In this document: one piece after another, positions 45,448 to 56,404 of the stretch | Position numbering within the stretch: position 1 is the stretch's first letter | Layout of the letters: every line of letters starts with the position of its first letter | Origin: Blastocladiella emersonii ATCC 22665 | Taxonomy: Eukaryota > Fungi > Blastocladiomycota | Length of the DNA stretch: 64,000 nucleotides | NCBI GenBank assembly: GCA_025594325.1 | Contig: JANHCV010000013.1 | Span: 1,178,001 to 1,242,000 of the forward strand | Direction: 5' to 3' | Program-made: the position numbers and the translations under genes | Notes under the pieces: model-generated | Told to the model about the DNA's origin: nothing | Databases searched by the model: none | What the model saw: the letters and a program-made list of their open reading frames with translations, nothing else

Positions 45448-47935
45448 ATGGCATCGAGAAAGGGCCTCCCCGTGGTCCCCGCGGGATCGTGGAGCAGCAT
45501 CAACCCGCCGCTCTCGCCGCTCATGTATGCCCGCAATCACGACAGTTCGAAATGAACGCCCCCATGTAACCTCCGTGCGCGCGCGTAGCCTCGAGACGCT
45601 CGACGACATGGGCTTCGAGTCCATGACGCCCGTGCAGTCGCAGGCGATCCCCAACTTCCTCAAGTCCAAGGACGTGGTGGTAGAGGCCGTGACGGGGTCG
45701 GGCAAGACGCTGGCCTTCGTGATCCCCGTCATCGAGATGCTCCTGCGCAAGACGCGCACCCACGCCCTCAAGAAGAACTCGGTCGGCGCCATCATCGTGT
45801 CGCCGACGCGCGAGCTCGCCGTGCAGATCTACCGCGTGCTGCAGCGGTTCCTGCCGCACTCGCCGACCAACTACAAGCCCGCGGGCACCCCCGACAGCGA
45901 CGACGAGGACGAGGACGCCATGGACACGGACGGCGGCGCGCCGAAACCCAAGTCGCCCCTGACCCACGCGCTGTTCGTCGGCGGATCCACGTCGTCGCCC
46001 GAGGACGACCTCGCGCACTTCCGCAAGTACGGGTCGCACATCATCGTCGGCACGCCCGGCCGCCTCGAGCAGCTGTTCAAGCGCGGCGTGGCGCGCGCCG
46101 GCGGGTCGCACGGCGCCATGATCAACGTCAAGGAGTGCGAGGCAGTCATCCTCGACGAGGCCGACCGCCTGCTCGACCCGGGCTTCTCGCAGTCGCTGCA
46201 CGCCATCCTCGCCTACCTGCCCAAGCAGCGCCGCACGGGACTGTTTTCGGCGACTATGAGCGAGGCCGTCAGCTCGCTCGCCCGCACGGGCCTGCGCAAC
46301 CCGGTCCGCGTCGAGGTCAAGGTGTCCAGCACCCGGTCCGGCGACTCGTGGCGCACCCCGGCCTCGCTCGCCATCGGCGCCATCGTCATGCAGCAGGACG
46401 CGAAACTCGCGTGGCTCGTTCAGTGCGTGCGCGCGTGGTGCGCGGGGCGCAAGACCATCGTCTACTTCGCGACGTGCAAGCAGGTCGAGTACTGGTACCG
46501 CGTGCTGTCGGCGCTCGACGCCACCAAGGCGTGGCCGTGGTTCTCGCTCCACGGCAAGCAGACCCCCGCGCGACGCACCGCCGTCTTCGACGCCTTCATC
46601 GCCGACACGCTCGAGTCCGGGATCCTCCTGACCACCGACGTTGCCGCACGCGGGCTCGATGTCGCCAACGTCGACGTCGTCATCCAGTTCGACCCGCCCA
46701 CCGACTCCAAGGCGTTCGCCCACCGCTGTGGCCGTGCTGGCCGCGCGGGGCGCCACGGCCGCGCCGTCGTGTTCCTCACCGAGCAGGAGTCGGCGTTCCT
46801 CGAGTTCCTCGAGGTCCGCAAGATCCAGGCCAACAAGGTCGACTCGTGGGCGTGGGGCGTCATCCCGACGCCGCCCGCCGCCGCTTCGGCTGCGCCCGCT
46901 CTCGAGACTGCTGACGCCGAGGAGCCGACCGCCGTCATCGCCGGCGGCAAGGCCAAGGCGCCCAAGGTCGGCGACCAGTACCTCGACACCGCGGCTGCGC
47001 CGTTCGACGCGCCCGCGTCGCTCATCGCCGAGCTGTTCCAGTCGACAGTCGCGCTCGCGGCGTCGGACCGCGACATCATCGACCGGGCGTCCGAGGCGTT
47101 CCCGTCGTACGTGCGGTCGTACCAGTCGCACGAGCTGACGTACATCTTTCAGATGAAGCAGCTGGACCTGCTGGCCGTGATCCGCCTGTTCGCGCTGGTC
47201 CGGATCCCGTCGATGCCCGAGCTGCGCAAGGCCGAGCACCTCGTCGACGCCATCATCGCGTACGAGCAGTCGCTCGGCGTCGACAGCGACGCGGTGCCCT
47301 ACAAGGACACGATCCGCGAGCGCGCGCGCCAGGAGAAGCTCGCCAAGGACGCGGCCGAGGCCGCCGCGATGCGCGCGTCCGGCACCAAGCTGTCGCGCAC
47401 CGACAAGCAGAAGCTCAAGAAGCTCGTCGGCCGCGGCATGTCGTGGTCCAAGCAGAAGGAGATCAAGCTCAAGAAGCTCGAGCGCCGCGAGAAGCGCGCC
47501 CGCGCCAAGGAGGCGATTGCCAAGCGCAAGGCCGAGGGGCTCGACTACACCAACCAGAAGCAGCGCTCGCGCGACCGCGAGGCTGGCGGCGCTGGGCCCC
47601 GCGGCGGCGACGCGAGCAGCGGGTCCGACGATTTCTCGGACTCGGACGACGGCGACGATTCGAGCAGCGACGGCGACGAGGCCGAGCAGCAGCGCCCCGC
47701 CAAGCGCCAGCGGATCACCAAGGACGAGCTCCGCTCCATCGCCGCGGCGGCCGCGGCCAAGGAGGCCGCCAAGCAGGCGGCCGCCAAGAAGGAGGCCGAG
47801 GCCGACGCCAAGGATATCCAGTCCGGGTACAAGGAGCTCAACAAGGCCAAGCAGGCCAAGAAGAAGAAGGGCGCGAGTACGGGCATCAAGGTCAAGTTCG
47901 ACGCCGGCGGGCTCGGGTTCAGCGATAGCGAGTAG
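45448..47935 (+). CDS. SPB4: DEAD-box RNA helicase Spb4/DDX55; 2 exons
   Basis: Q motif GFESMTPVQ, AVTGSGKT, SPTRELA, LDEADRLL, LFSAT, HGKQ, TDVAARGLD, HRCGRAGRAG; Spb4-type C-terminal AFPSYVRSYQSHELTYIF and basic tail. First exon MASRKG...LSPL precedes a GTATGC..TAG intron. Confidence 0.9.
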
Positions 47936-49298
47936 GACGCGTGAGTAACATGTAATTAGATTATATATTTCTGCCAACTGCATCTCGTGCTCGTGTGTTG
48001 TGAAGGATCGCTTGCGTCAGCGAAAAAGCGCCGAGCGGGATGCTCACTCGCACGTGGGTGGTGCGTCGCGTCGCGACGGAGCGGGGAGACGGGCCTGTCC
48101 GTGCTCGAGAGTTATGCGCGAACAACGTGTATAGCCTAAGACAGCCGACTCTCGCCAGCACATCAGCCGTGCCGCCGCAACAACCTCGATCGTCCAATAA
48201 ACCCCACGCCTCGAGTCGCCAAGCGGACCCGCATCCACGCGCACGCGCCCATGGCAAGGTCACCTCCCTGATGCTATCCGCTGATCCGCCGCCGGCGCAC
48301 TGTTCACGCGCGGCCCCACAAGTCCTTGATTCGTGGACGAGCAGGGCAGAGTTGTACGTCGAGGGGAACCAAATTGAGGAGGCAAACAACGCAGCGACCG
48401 AACGGCCGGCGCGTGTGCGCGGACGCGGATCGGTCCTGTTGAGCCGCGGCATGATGGTTGAGGTGAAGCGGTCCGACTGAGTTGTGAGGAATCACTCGAC
48501 CATGAAAGAGTCGAGAAACACGTCGGCTGTCATCGGTTGGCCGCCGGTTCGGACGAAATTGGAGTGCTTGTCAGCTTTGCGCGTACTTGAACAAGAAGGA
48601 AGGAGCAAGCAAAGTGGACGCAAATTTGCTTTCGGCATACAAGTCGAAAGCTCATGTCGAAGGCGGTCGCAAAACGGTGCAGAGTCCAGTGATGGGTTGA
48701 TGACTTGGCACCGAGAGCGCCGAACGACCAGCCCGCCACGAAGCGAGGAACGCGGGCTGTGAGACGTGCTCGGTTTTGCGGGTCTGGCTCTTGCCCTGAG
48801 GCGGTTCCAGCGTGTGAAGGCTAGATGCGATGATTGTCGTGAGAGGTCATTTCTTACTCGCATCGTACTGCACTCGTTCGGGCTCGCTTGGAGTCCGGCC
48901 TGAGTTCAGCCAGAATGTCACGTACGGCTTAGGCTCCACAACCTGATCACAAGCTCACGCGGCTTCCTTCGGGATCAACGCGAGCAGGTCGATCTCCATC
49001 ATCACACTCGAGGGCGGGCAACTCGATTTACTGAAGGCGGTCCATCGTCCGAGCGAGCGCTGCGACGTCAAGTGGCCCGTGAACGCCCGTTGCGCGAGTC
49101 ACGGCTGCAGCCGGTCCGGAGCAAGCGCCGGTTAGTGCCTAGTCCTGCGATCCAATTGCATAAAGTTGAGCATAGTTTGCGTGTGTATACATGGAGTCTA
49201 GTGGATTGATGGGGAGCGCGAGTCCGCGTCGGCGCTCGCCCGTTTCGTGTCACGGCTCGAGTCACCCGACCTTGAGAAAACGCGGTTCACACGGTCGT

Positions 49299-52200
49299 CG
49301 GCCTGGACTATGAACTCGCTGGAGACCAAACCGCGACCATCAGCGCAACGAACGTCCTTGAGCTCAAGAAAACGAAAGCAGCTCGCCGAACTTCAGCGAC
49401 TCGCACCGACCGCCGACGCAGCCTCGAGAGTGCTCAAGCCAAGAGCCGACGTTGGTGACTCTCGTCGACCGCGCGAAGCAAAGGCTAAACACGCGTCGAG
49501 ACGCGCCGCGCCACTCACGTGACTGATACTTGGCCGGATATGACCTCGTCCGAGCACCCAAGTTTCTCTCGCTCGCACACTCAGGATGACCACCGAGGAG
49601 AATTTGAGCAAAAGATACACCTTCATTTGCAGAATACTCGTACATGCACATCATCATCAAAACTCATCATCCTCACTCCGTCGAGTCGCCGCGGCGCGCG
49701 CGCACATCTAGTAGTAGTGGGCGGCCTTGGTCTTGGGGTGGCACTTCTTGTGCTTCTTGGCGGGGGTCTCGGTGCCAGCGGGCGTGTCCTTGGCGTAGCC
49801 CTCGCCGGCGGGGGTGGTCGGGACGGGCTTCTCGGTGCCGACGGCGGGCACGTCCTTGCCGTAGCCGTAGCCGTACTCGCCGGTCGCGGGCGTCGTGGCG
49901 ACGGGCTTGTCGGCGTCGACGGGCGCGGGCTTGTCGGCGTCGACGGGCGCGGGCTTGTCGGCGCCGCCGTTGTACGGGGCGGGCTTGGGGGTCTCGACAG
50001 GGACGACGGCCGTCTTGGTCACGACCTTGGTGCCGTAGCCGTAGCCGTTCTCGTCGTCGCGGACCGTGGTCGTGGTCACGATCGTGGTGTAGGCGGGCGT
50101 GGGCTCGACGACGGTCGTCTTGGTGCCGACGACGATGGTCGTCTTACACGGCTCGGTGCCGGTCTGCGACGGCACGTACACGGTGGTGGTCTTGGTGCCG
50201 ACGACGACGGTGGTCTTGCACGGCTCGGTGCCGGTCGGGGCGGGCACGTACACGGTCGAGGCGGGGACGGTGACGACGACGGTCGACGCGGGGACCGTCA
50301 CGACCGAGGTCACGGCCGGGTAGGTGCCCGAGGCGGTCGCGGTCGCGGTCGAGGTCGTGGCGGGGATCGTGGCGGTCGAGGTCGTGGCGGGGACCGTGTA
50401 GGTGGTGGCGGTCGTGGCGGTCGACGACTTGCGGTCGTAGGGAGCCGAGGTCGTGGTCAAGGCGGTCGTGGTCGAGGTCTTGCGGCCGTACGGGGCGGTC
50501 GTGGTGCCGGTGGCGGTGGCGGTGGCCGAGCCAGTCGCGGTCTCGGTGGCCGAGCCCGAAGTCGAGGTCGAGGTGCCGGTCGTGGTGGTGCCCGACGAGG
50601 TGGTGGTGGTCGAGGTCGAGGCCGACGAGGTGGTGGTCGTGGTGGTCGAGGTCGAAGTCGAGGTGGAGGTGGAGGTGGTGGTAGTCGAGGTCGAGGTCGA
50701 CGTGGTGGTGGTCGAGGTGGAGGTGGTGCCGTCGCGCTTGACGATGATCTTGGGCGAGGTCCAGTAGGTGTTGAGGCGCTTCTCCCAGTCATCGTCGGTC
50801 TTCGTGGAGGGGGTCACGAAGTCGAGGGTCCAGTAGTACTCGCCGTCCTCGACGTACTTGACCTTGTCCGACTGGAGCGTCTCGAAGTACTCGCCCGACC
50901 AGCCCTGGATAGGCTTGCCGGTGGCGCGATCGACCTCGTCGGTGGTCGGGAAGAAAACGGGGCCGGTCTGGACGAACGGGTACGAGAAGGCGTAGCCGAG
51001 CTTGGTCTTGGTCTTGGCGTTGTACACGGACAGGAGCATGTTGCGGTTGACGTGCTGGATGTTGGCGAGCACGACGGGGCGCGAGCGGCCCTTGAGCGTA
51101 AAGGGGCCGACCGTCTCGTTGGCGAAGTGGGCGAGGAACTGGACCTTGGGGACCGGGGCCTTGAGGTCCCAGTCGCCGAAGATGGACTCGGAGACGACGG
51201 GGAACGGCGACGTCTTGGGGTCGGGGATCACCGTGTACGTCGAGTAGTCGCCGGTCATGGAGAGGTAGGGCACGCGCAGGGTGGCGGCGTCCTTGGCCTC
51301 CTCGTTGGGCGTCAGCACGACCCAGCCGGACAGCAGCCAGTGCTCGGGGAGCTGGGCAGCGTCGGGCTGCACCGTGACCTGCACGCTGATCGACGAGCGG
51401 GGGCCGACGCGCATCGGGCCGTCCGAGGCGACGGTGACGCGGGCCGTCGAGTTCGAGAACTGGTACTTGTCGGTGGTGACGCCGCCCTCGCCGAAGACCG
51501 AGACGGCGGGCACGTGCGTCGCCGTGTAGGTGACGGGCGTGTCGCCGGCGTTGGCGATGGTGAGGACCTGGGTGCGGCGGGCGTTGCCGTCGCCGAGCTC
51601 GATCTTGGACGGCTCGACCGTCACCTTGTTGGCGAGCAGGTCGTAGGCGTTGATGAGACCGGCGCCCTGCTTGGGGACGGGCCACGGCATGCCGAACTGC
51701 TTGTACTGGGCGGGGCGAGCCGTGTTCTGGGCGCGGCGCTGCAGCGCCTTGAAGGTGATCTTCTTGTTCTGCTCCTTGCTAATCACGAGAACGGGTTGAC
51801 AGACGGTCAGTCGGGTTCGTGGCGACCATGATCACAACGACGACAACGAGGAAAACGTACGCGAGGAGCGAGACACCGCCGAGGAAGGGCGAGGCCATGG
51901 AGGTGCCCGAGATCGAGGCGTACGAGCCCTTGTGCTTCGGGTACGACGAGAAGATCATGCCTAAGGACCGGAAATGTTAGTACGTGCTCCCAAACGTCAT
52001 AAAAACGGCGGTAGCTTAACTCCTGGGGCAGCGACGTCAGGCTTGATGAGGAGCAGCGGCGAGGGACCCCACGACGAGAAGTCGGAGGGCTGGGCGCCGG
52101 TGGCCGTGTTGGGAACCGAGATGCGCTCGCCACCGAACTTGACGGTGACGGTGCCATTGGACGCGGCAGCGTGGATGGCCTGGCCGTCAGCACCCGAGAT

Positions 52201-54138
52201 GTAGCCGACGGGGAGCGGGTAGGCGGGGTCCTGGATCGCTACACCCGACAGGGCGCCGGGCTGGTTGTTGTAGACAATGATGCCGTTGGCGCCGGCGGCC
52301 AGAGCGGCGGCGGCCTTGACGGCGAACGTGCACCCACCGCGGCGGATCAGGGCGACGGTGCCCTTGAAGTAGTCGGCGGGGAACGGCGTGCACGCGTCGT
52401 TGGTCGAGGTCGACGGGTTGGGCGAAGCCTTGACGGTGAAAGCCTTGCCGACGGGGAACTTGTTGGGGATCGAGTCGTCGAAGCCGACGCCGACCTTGGA
52501 CAGGCCCTCGACGCCCGAGAACTCGATGGCGTCCGAGGCGACGGCGATGTTGTCGAACGAGCCGGTGCCGAAGCCGGTCTTGGCCTGGCCGGGCGAGCCA
52601 CCCCAGAAGAGACCCTTCTCGCCGCTGTTGCCGTGCGACGACGTGAAGATCATGCCGAACTTGTCCGAAAGACGGGTAACCGAAGCGGCACTTGGATAAT
52701 CGGGGAAGGAGCCGCCACCACCAATCGACTGGTTGACGACGTCGCAGCCCTCGATGGCGGCCATCTCCATGGCCTTGATCATGGCCTCACTCGAGGTCGA
52801 GGTGCGCTCGCCAGCGCAGCCGAAGACCTTGAGCGCGACAATGTCGGCCTCGGGGGCGACACCGGTGAAGATGCTGTCGTTACCGGCGGCGATACCGGCC
52901 TGTAAAAGACGGAACGAGTGGTGGGTGAGTGATCAGGTCGGTTTCAAACGAGGTAGGACGGTGGGACGCGTCGTCGCGCGGCCGATCACCTCGACCATCG
53001 TCGGGTCGCGCGACTTTTTGTCGACACGGACGAAACGACAGGGAGCTTCACGGCAGACGTGCGTTGGACGGAGAGGAGAAGCAACGAGAGAGGAGGAAGG
53101 AGAAAGTGAAGAAAAGGTCGGGTGTCGCTCGGCGCGACGCGACGCGAGGAACGTACAACGTGGGTGCCGTGGCCGGAGATGCAGTCGTACGGGTCGTTGT
53201 CGGGGACGAGGTCGTCGGCGCCCTTGCCCGGGTTGTAGGCGTCACCGACGAGATCGTAGCCCTTGACGACACGGCAGCCGGCGTCGCCGAGCTTGGTGCA
53301 AGTCATGCCCTCCTTGGTGAAAGCCGGGTGCGTGTAGTCGACACCCGAGTCGATAATGCACACCTTGGTTCCCCTTCCTGCGAATATGGGCGAGCGGGAG
53401 CGTTCAGAGTCAGTCCTGAGTCGGCAAAACGAGTTGGGAGCGAGATCGGCGAGAAAACGCACCGGTGAGCCCGAGCTCCTTGCGGACGCGGTCGACGCCG
53501 GTCATGGCGAGGGCGGCGTTGAGCTCGACCTTCTTGGGGTTGTCCTTGCCGAGGTTGACCTCGAAGGGGTCCTGCTCGACGGTGAAGACCGGGTAGATGG
53601 CCTTGACGTTGGGGGCGGCGGCGAGCTTGGCGAGGTCGGCCTCGTTGGCGGCGACGGCGACGCCGTTGAAGGCGGTGGTGTAGGTGGTGGTGACCTTGAC
53701 GGGCAGCGAGTTGTCCTTGGCGAACGACTCGAGGGTGCGGGCCTGCGTCGTGGTCGCGCCGCGGGCGAGCGGGTTGAAGGACGCGGTGCGCGCGGCCTCG
53801 CCCTTGAACTCGATGAGGTAGCGGCCGGGCAGGATCTTGGTGCCCTTGGGCAGGTCCGCGGCCTTGAACTGCTTGATCAGGTCGGCCGGGTTGACGGGCT
53901 TGGCCGACGCCGCGGCCACGGCGAGCGTGGCGAGCAGCACGGCGAGGAGGACCGAGCGGGTCGCGATGCGCTTGGGGATCTTGGCCATGGTGGTGGTGGT
54001 TGAGCGTCTAGTCTATAGTCTATAGCGCGTGGCTGCTGAGGGTGGGATCAGGAGCACAGGCGGGTGGAGAGCAGAGCAGGGACGGCGGGGAGGCCGAGAG
54101 TTTTGTAGGTCGAGCTCGGCCAGCACAGCCCTGCCAGC
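49299..54138 (-). repeat. Left arm of a large inverted repeat (4840 bp)
   Basis: Mirror of 56405-61244 (coordinates sum to 110543). All ORF-track translations in the two arms are identical; I saw two mismatches only in the outer 13 bp. Confidence 0.95.
49708..53988 (-). CDS. Secreted subtilisin-like S8 protease, copy A (signal peptide, I9 prodomain, S8 with PA insert, Fn3-like domain, Thr-rich tail)
   Basis: Mirror image of copy B: IIDSG, HGTHV and SGTSMASP triad motifs. The intron before the Ser exon has a TT donor. Confidence 0.88.
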
Positions 54139-55332
54139 ATCACACAACGGCGCTGACGATTCTGCTCGCTTCGCTTGCCGCTTCCACGCGACCACGGCGA
54201 TCGCATGACTCGGCCGCGACAAGCTTCCCGGCGGTCTCGAACCCCGGCTGATGCAAGCACCCGGCGCTCCGCTATTCGGATATGGGCGTAGCTACCCCCC
54301 GCACCGTGTCTGGTGAGCGTGCGGCCGTGCGGAGACCCGGGCGCGCGCGCTCACGCGGACCTCGCGCGGTCCAATCAGCTGCCCGGCCGGCAAACCCGGT
54401 CATACTGAAACGGGCTCCGCCACGCCGGCGTGCTGCATTTACGCACGGTATCGCGCCATCAACCGCGTGTTTGACCGTGGGGTTCGGCGATTGCCGCCTC
54501 CGGTGACGCAGTGTGGCGCCGCGAACTGTTTCATCGCCGATCACACCGCGACGCCGCTGGCATCAGCGCCGACGCCTTGCACGGCCGTGATTGCGTCGGC
54601 CATGAAAGGTGTCGCCGCCACGAGCGCTTCGAGATGGCTGCGCGAGTGTCTCTGGCAGCCGCCGTGGCGAGCTGAGCGCGGCGGCGGCGGGCCCACCTGC
54701 ACAGGGACCCTTCTCCCCGCCGTCGCGCGTGGGCGCTCATCGCCCTCATCTCCGCCCACAAGCGGCCGCACGACCTCCTGACCGACGCCGACGCCGACGC
54801 GGACACACACACACACACAACCCACGGCGCGTGTGGCGAATCCGCCGCCCCCAACCCGCACCGCGCGCGCGCGAGACCGCGCCGATCATCGGAACGAATC
54901 GACGTGGACCAGCCGGACTTCTCCGCCGCCGCCTCGTCAGCGAGGCGCAGTGCCTGCGCCCGGGCATCGGGTAGCATCTGTCTCACAGCACTCGCGTCGA
55001 GTGTCTCACACGTCCCAGTCGCGTCTCACGAAAGCATCTAGTTCAATATATGCATGCGTTACGTTCAGCACAAGATGCATGGGTTGGAGCTAGCGCGGAC
55101 GCGGGAGAGAGCGCGTCGTGAGCGAGCACGGTCGAGGTCTTAACCCTCGCCCGACTCCCGACGTGTACCTTCCGCGACGGTCGAGCCGCCCGTTATCGTT
55201 CCCGCCGGGTTTGCTCGTGAACGGGCGAGCGCTTGGGCTCCCTTTCTCGCTCTCGCTGTGACGGATGAGGGTGATAAACCATGTATTCCAGACGTCTATG
55301 TACTAAACCGATCGCTCCTCGCACGCGCGGTG

Positions 55333-55935
55333 CTATGCCCTGTCCTCGGCATCCACGGCGAGCGCGCGGATGAGGTTGACGCGCGGCGACGGCCGCACCG
55401 CCGCCGCGGCTCGGTCGTCCGTCACCGCAAGCGCGCCGCCGCCATGCCGCGGGACGACCGTGATCCCGCCGAGCCCGGGCCCCACGCCGACCGTGACGCC
55501 GACGGCATAGACTGCGTCCTGTAACCGGACCCGCTGCGCCGCGTGCTCGGTGTCCTCGATACGCCGCCGCTGCCGCCGCGCCGCCAGCCACACGACCGCC
55601 GCGTACCCGACGCACGTCAGCAGCAGCACACCAAGCGCGAACGTCAGGTTGCGCACCACGTCGCCCACGCTCATCCCGTTCGGCGCAGTGTATCCGGCGG
55701 CCGCCGCGGCGGCTGGGTGTGTCGCTGTAGCGGCAGCGTGAACGGTGGTGGTCGGAGTCGGAGTCGCGTCGGCGAGCCGTCGCGCGGCGTCGTTCGCGGT
55801 CGTGTGTGCTGCGGCGGTCCGTGCCGCTTCGGTGAGCCGTCGTGCGCCGTTGGTCGCGGCGGTCGCAAGCGTCGCGACGACGGCGCCTGCGGTCGTCGTC
55901 TGAGTCGGTGTTGCTGCTGATCCGTTCGCGCTCAT
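55333..55935 (-). CDS. Putative single-pass membrane protein in the palindrome spacer
   Basis: Ala/Thr-rich N-terminus, hydrophobic LTFALGVLLLTCVGYAAVVWLAA followed by basic RRQRRR (positive-inside). Confidence 0.5.
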   Translation of the reverse strand: MSANGSAATPTQTTTAGAVVATLATAATNGARRLTEAARTAAAHTTANDAARRLADATPTPTTTVHAAATATHPAAAAAAGYTAPNGMSVGDVVRNLTFALGVLLLTCVGYAAVVWLAARRQRRRIEDTEHAAQRVRLQDAVYAVGVTVGVGPGLGGITVVPRHGGGALAVTDDRAAAAVRPSPRVNLIRALAVDAEDRA

Positions 55936-56404
55936 GGGTGCCGATGTGGGTGGGAGCCTAGGCCTAACGGTCGTGAGAGGAGAGGATCGACGGCAGGAGG
56001 AGCAGGGCTCCCCGTACACGTTCGGAGGCGAAACGGGCACGGAGGGGACGGTGCGGGCGGATCTGGTTCGCGTTCCAGCCTGCACCGCACCACTCGTCGC
56101 CCGCGCGAGTGCGTGCTTGCCCTGAGAGTCTGGTCGGCGCCGTTGAGCACCGAGAAGCGATGGTCGGTGGAGAAGTGCGAAGCGGATCCCTCTTGCTCGG
56201 CGCGGAGCTCACTCAGAGTGATCGAGGGAAGGGCTGCTTCGGCGCCGGAAGGTCGGGTGCGAGCGCGAACGGACGGACGGAGCCGTGTGGCGCCGCGCTC
56301 GGAACTGTGAGTGGCGCACGGAACCGGATGCGAACAAGTTTCCTTGCTGGGGTCCGCTTGCATCAGGCAGGGTTCGAGCATGGGCGCGAAGTGGCGGAAC
56401 CCTC

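Noticed and set aside
45521-47983. Long antisense ORFs (820 aa here; also 41591-43195, 49519-51831, 58712-61024, 36626-37384)
   Set aside because: They are shadows of GC3-rich genes on the opposite strand, with low-complexity Gly/Arg/Leu/Val composition and no motifs.
48000-49298. Possible gene between SPB4 and the palindrome
   Set aside because: Only short ORFs without codon bias or motifs.
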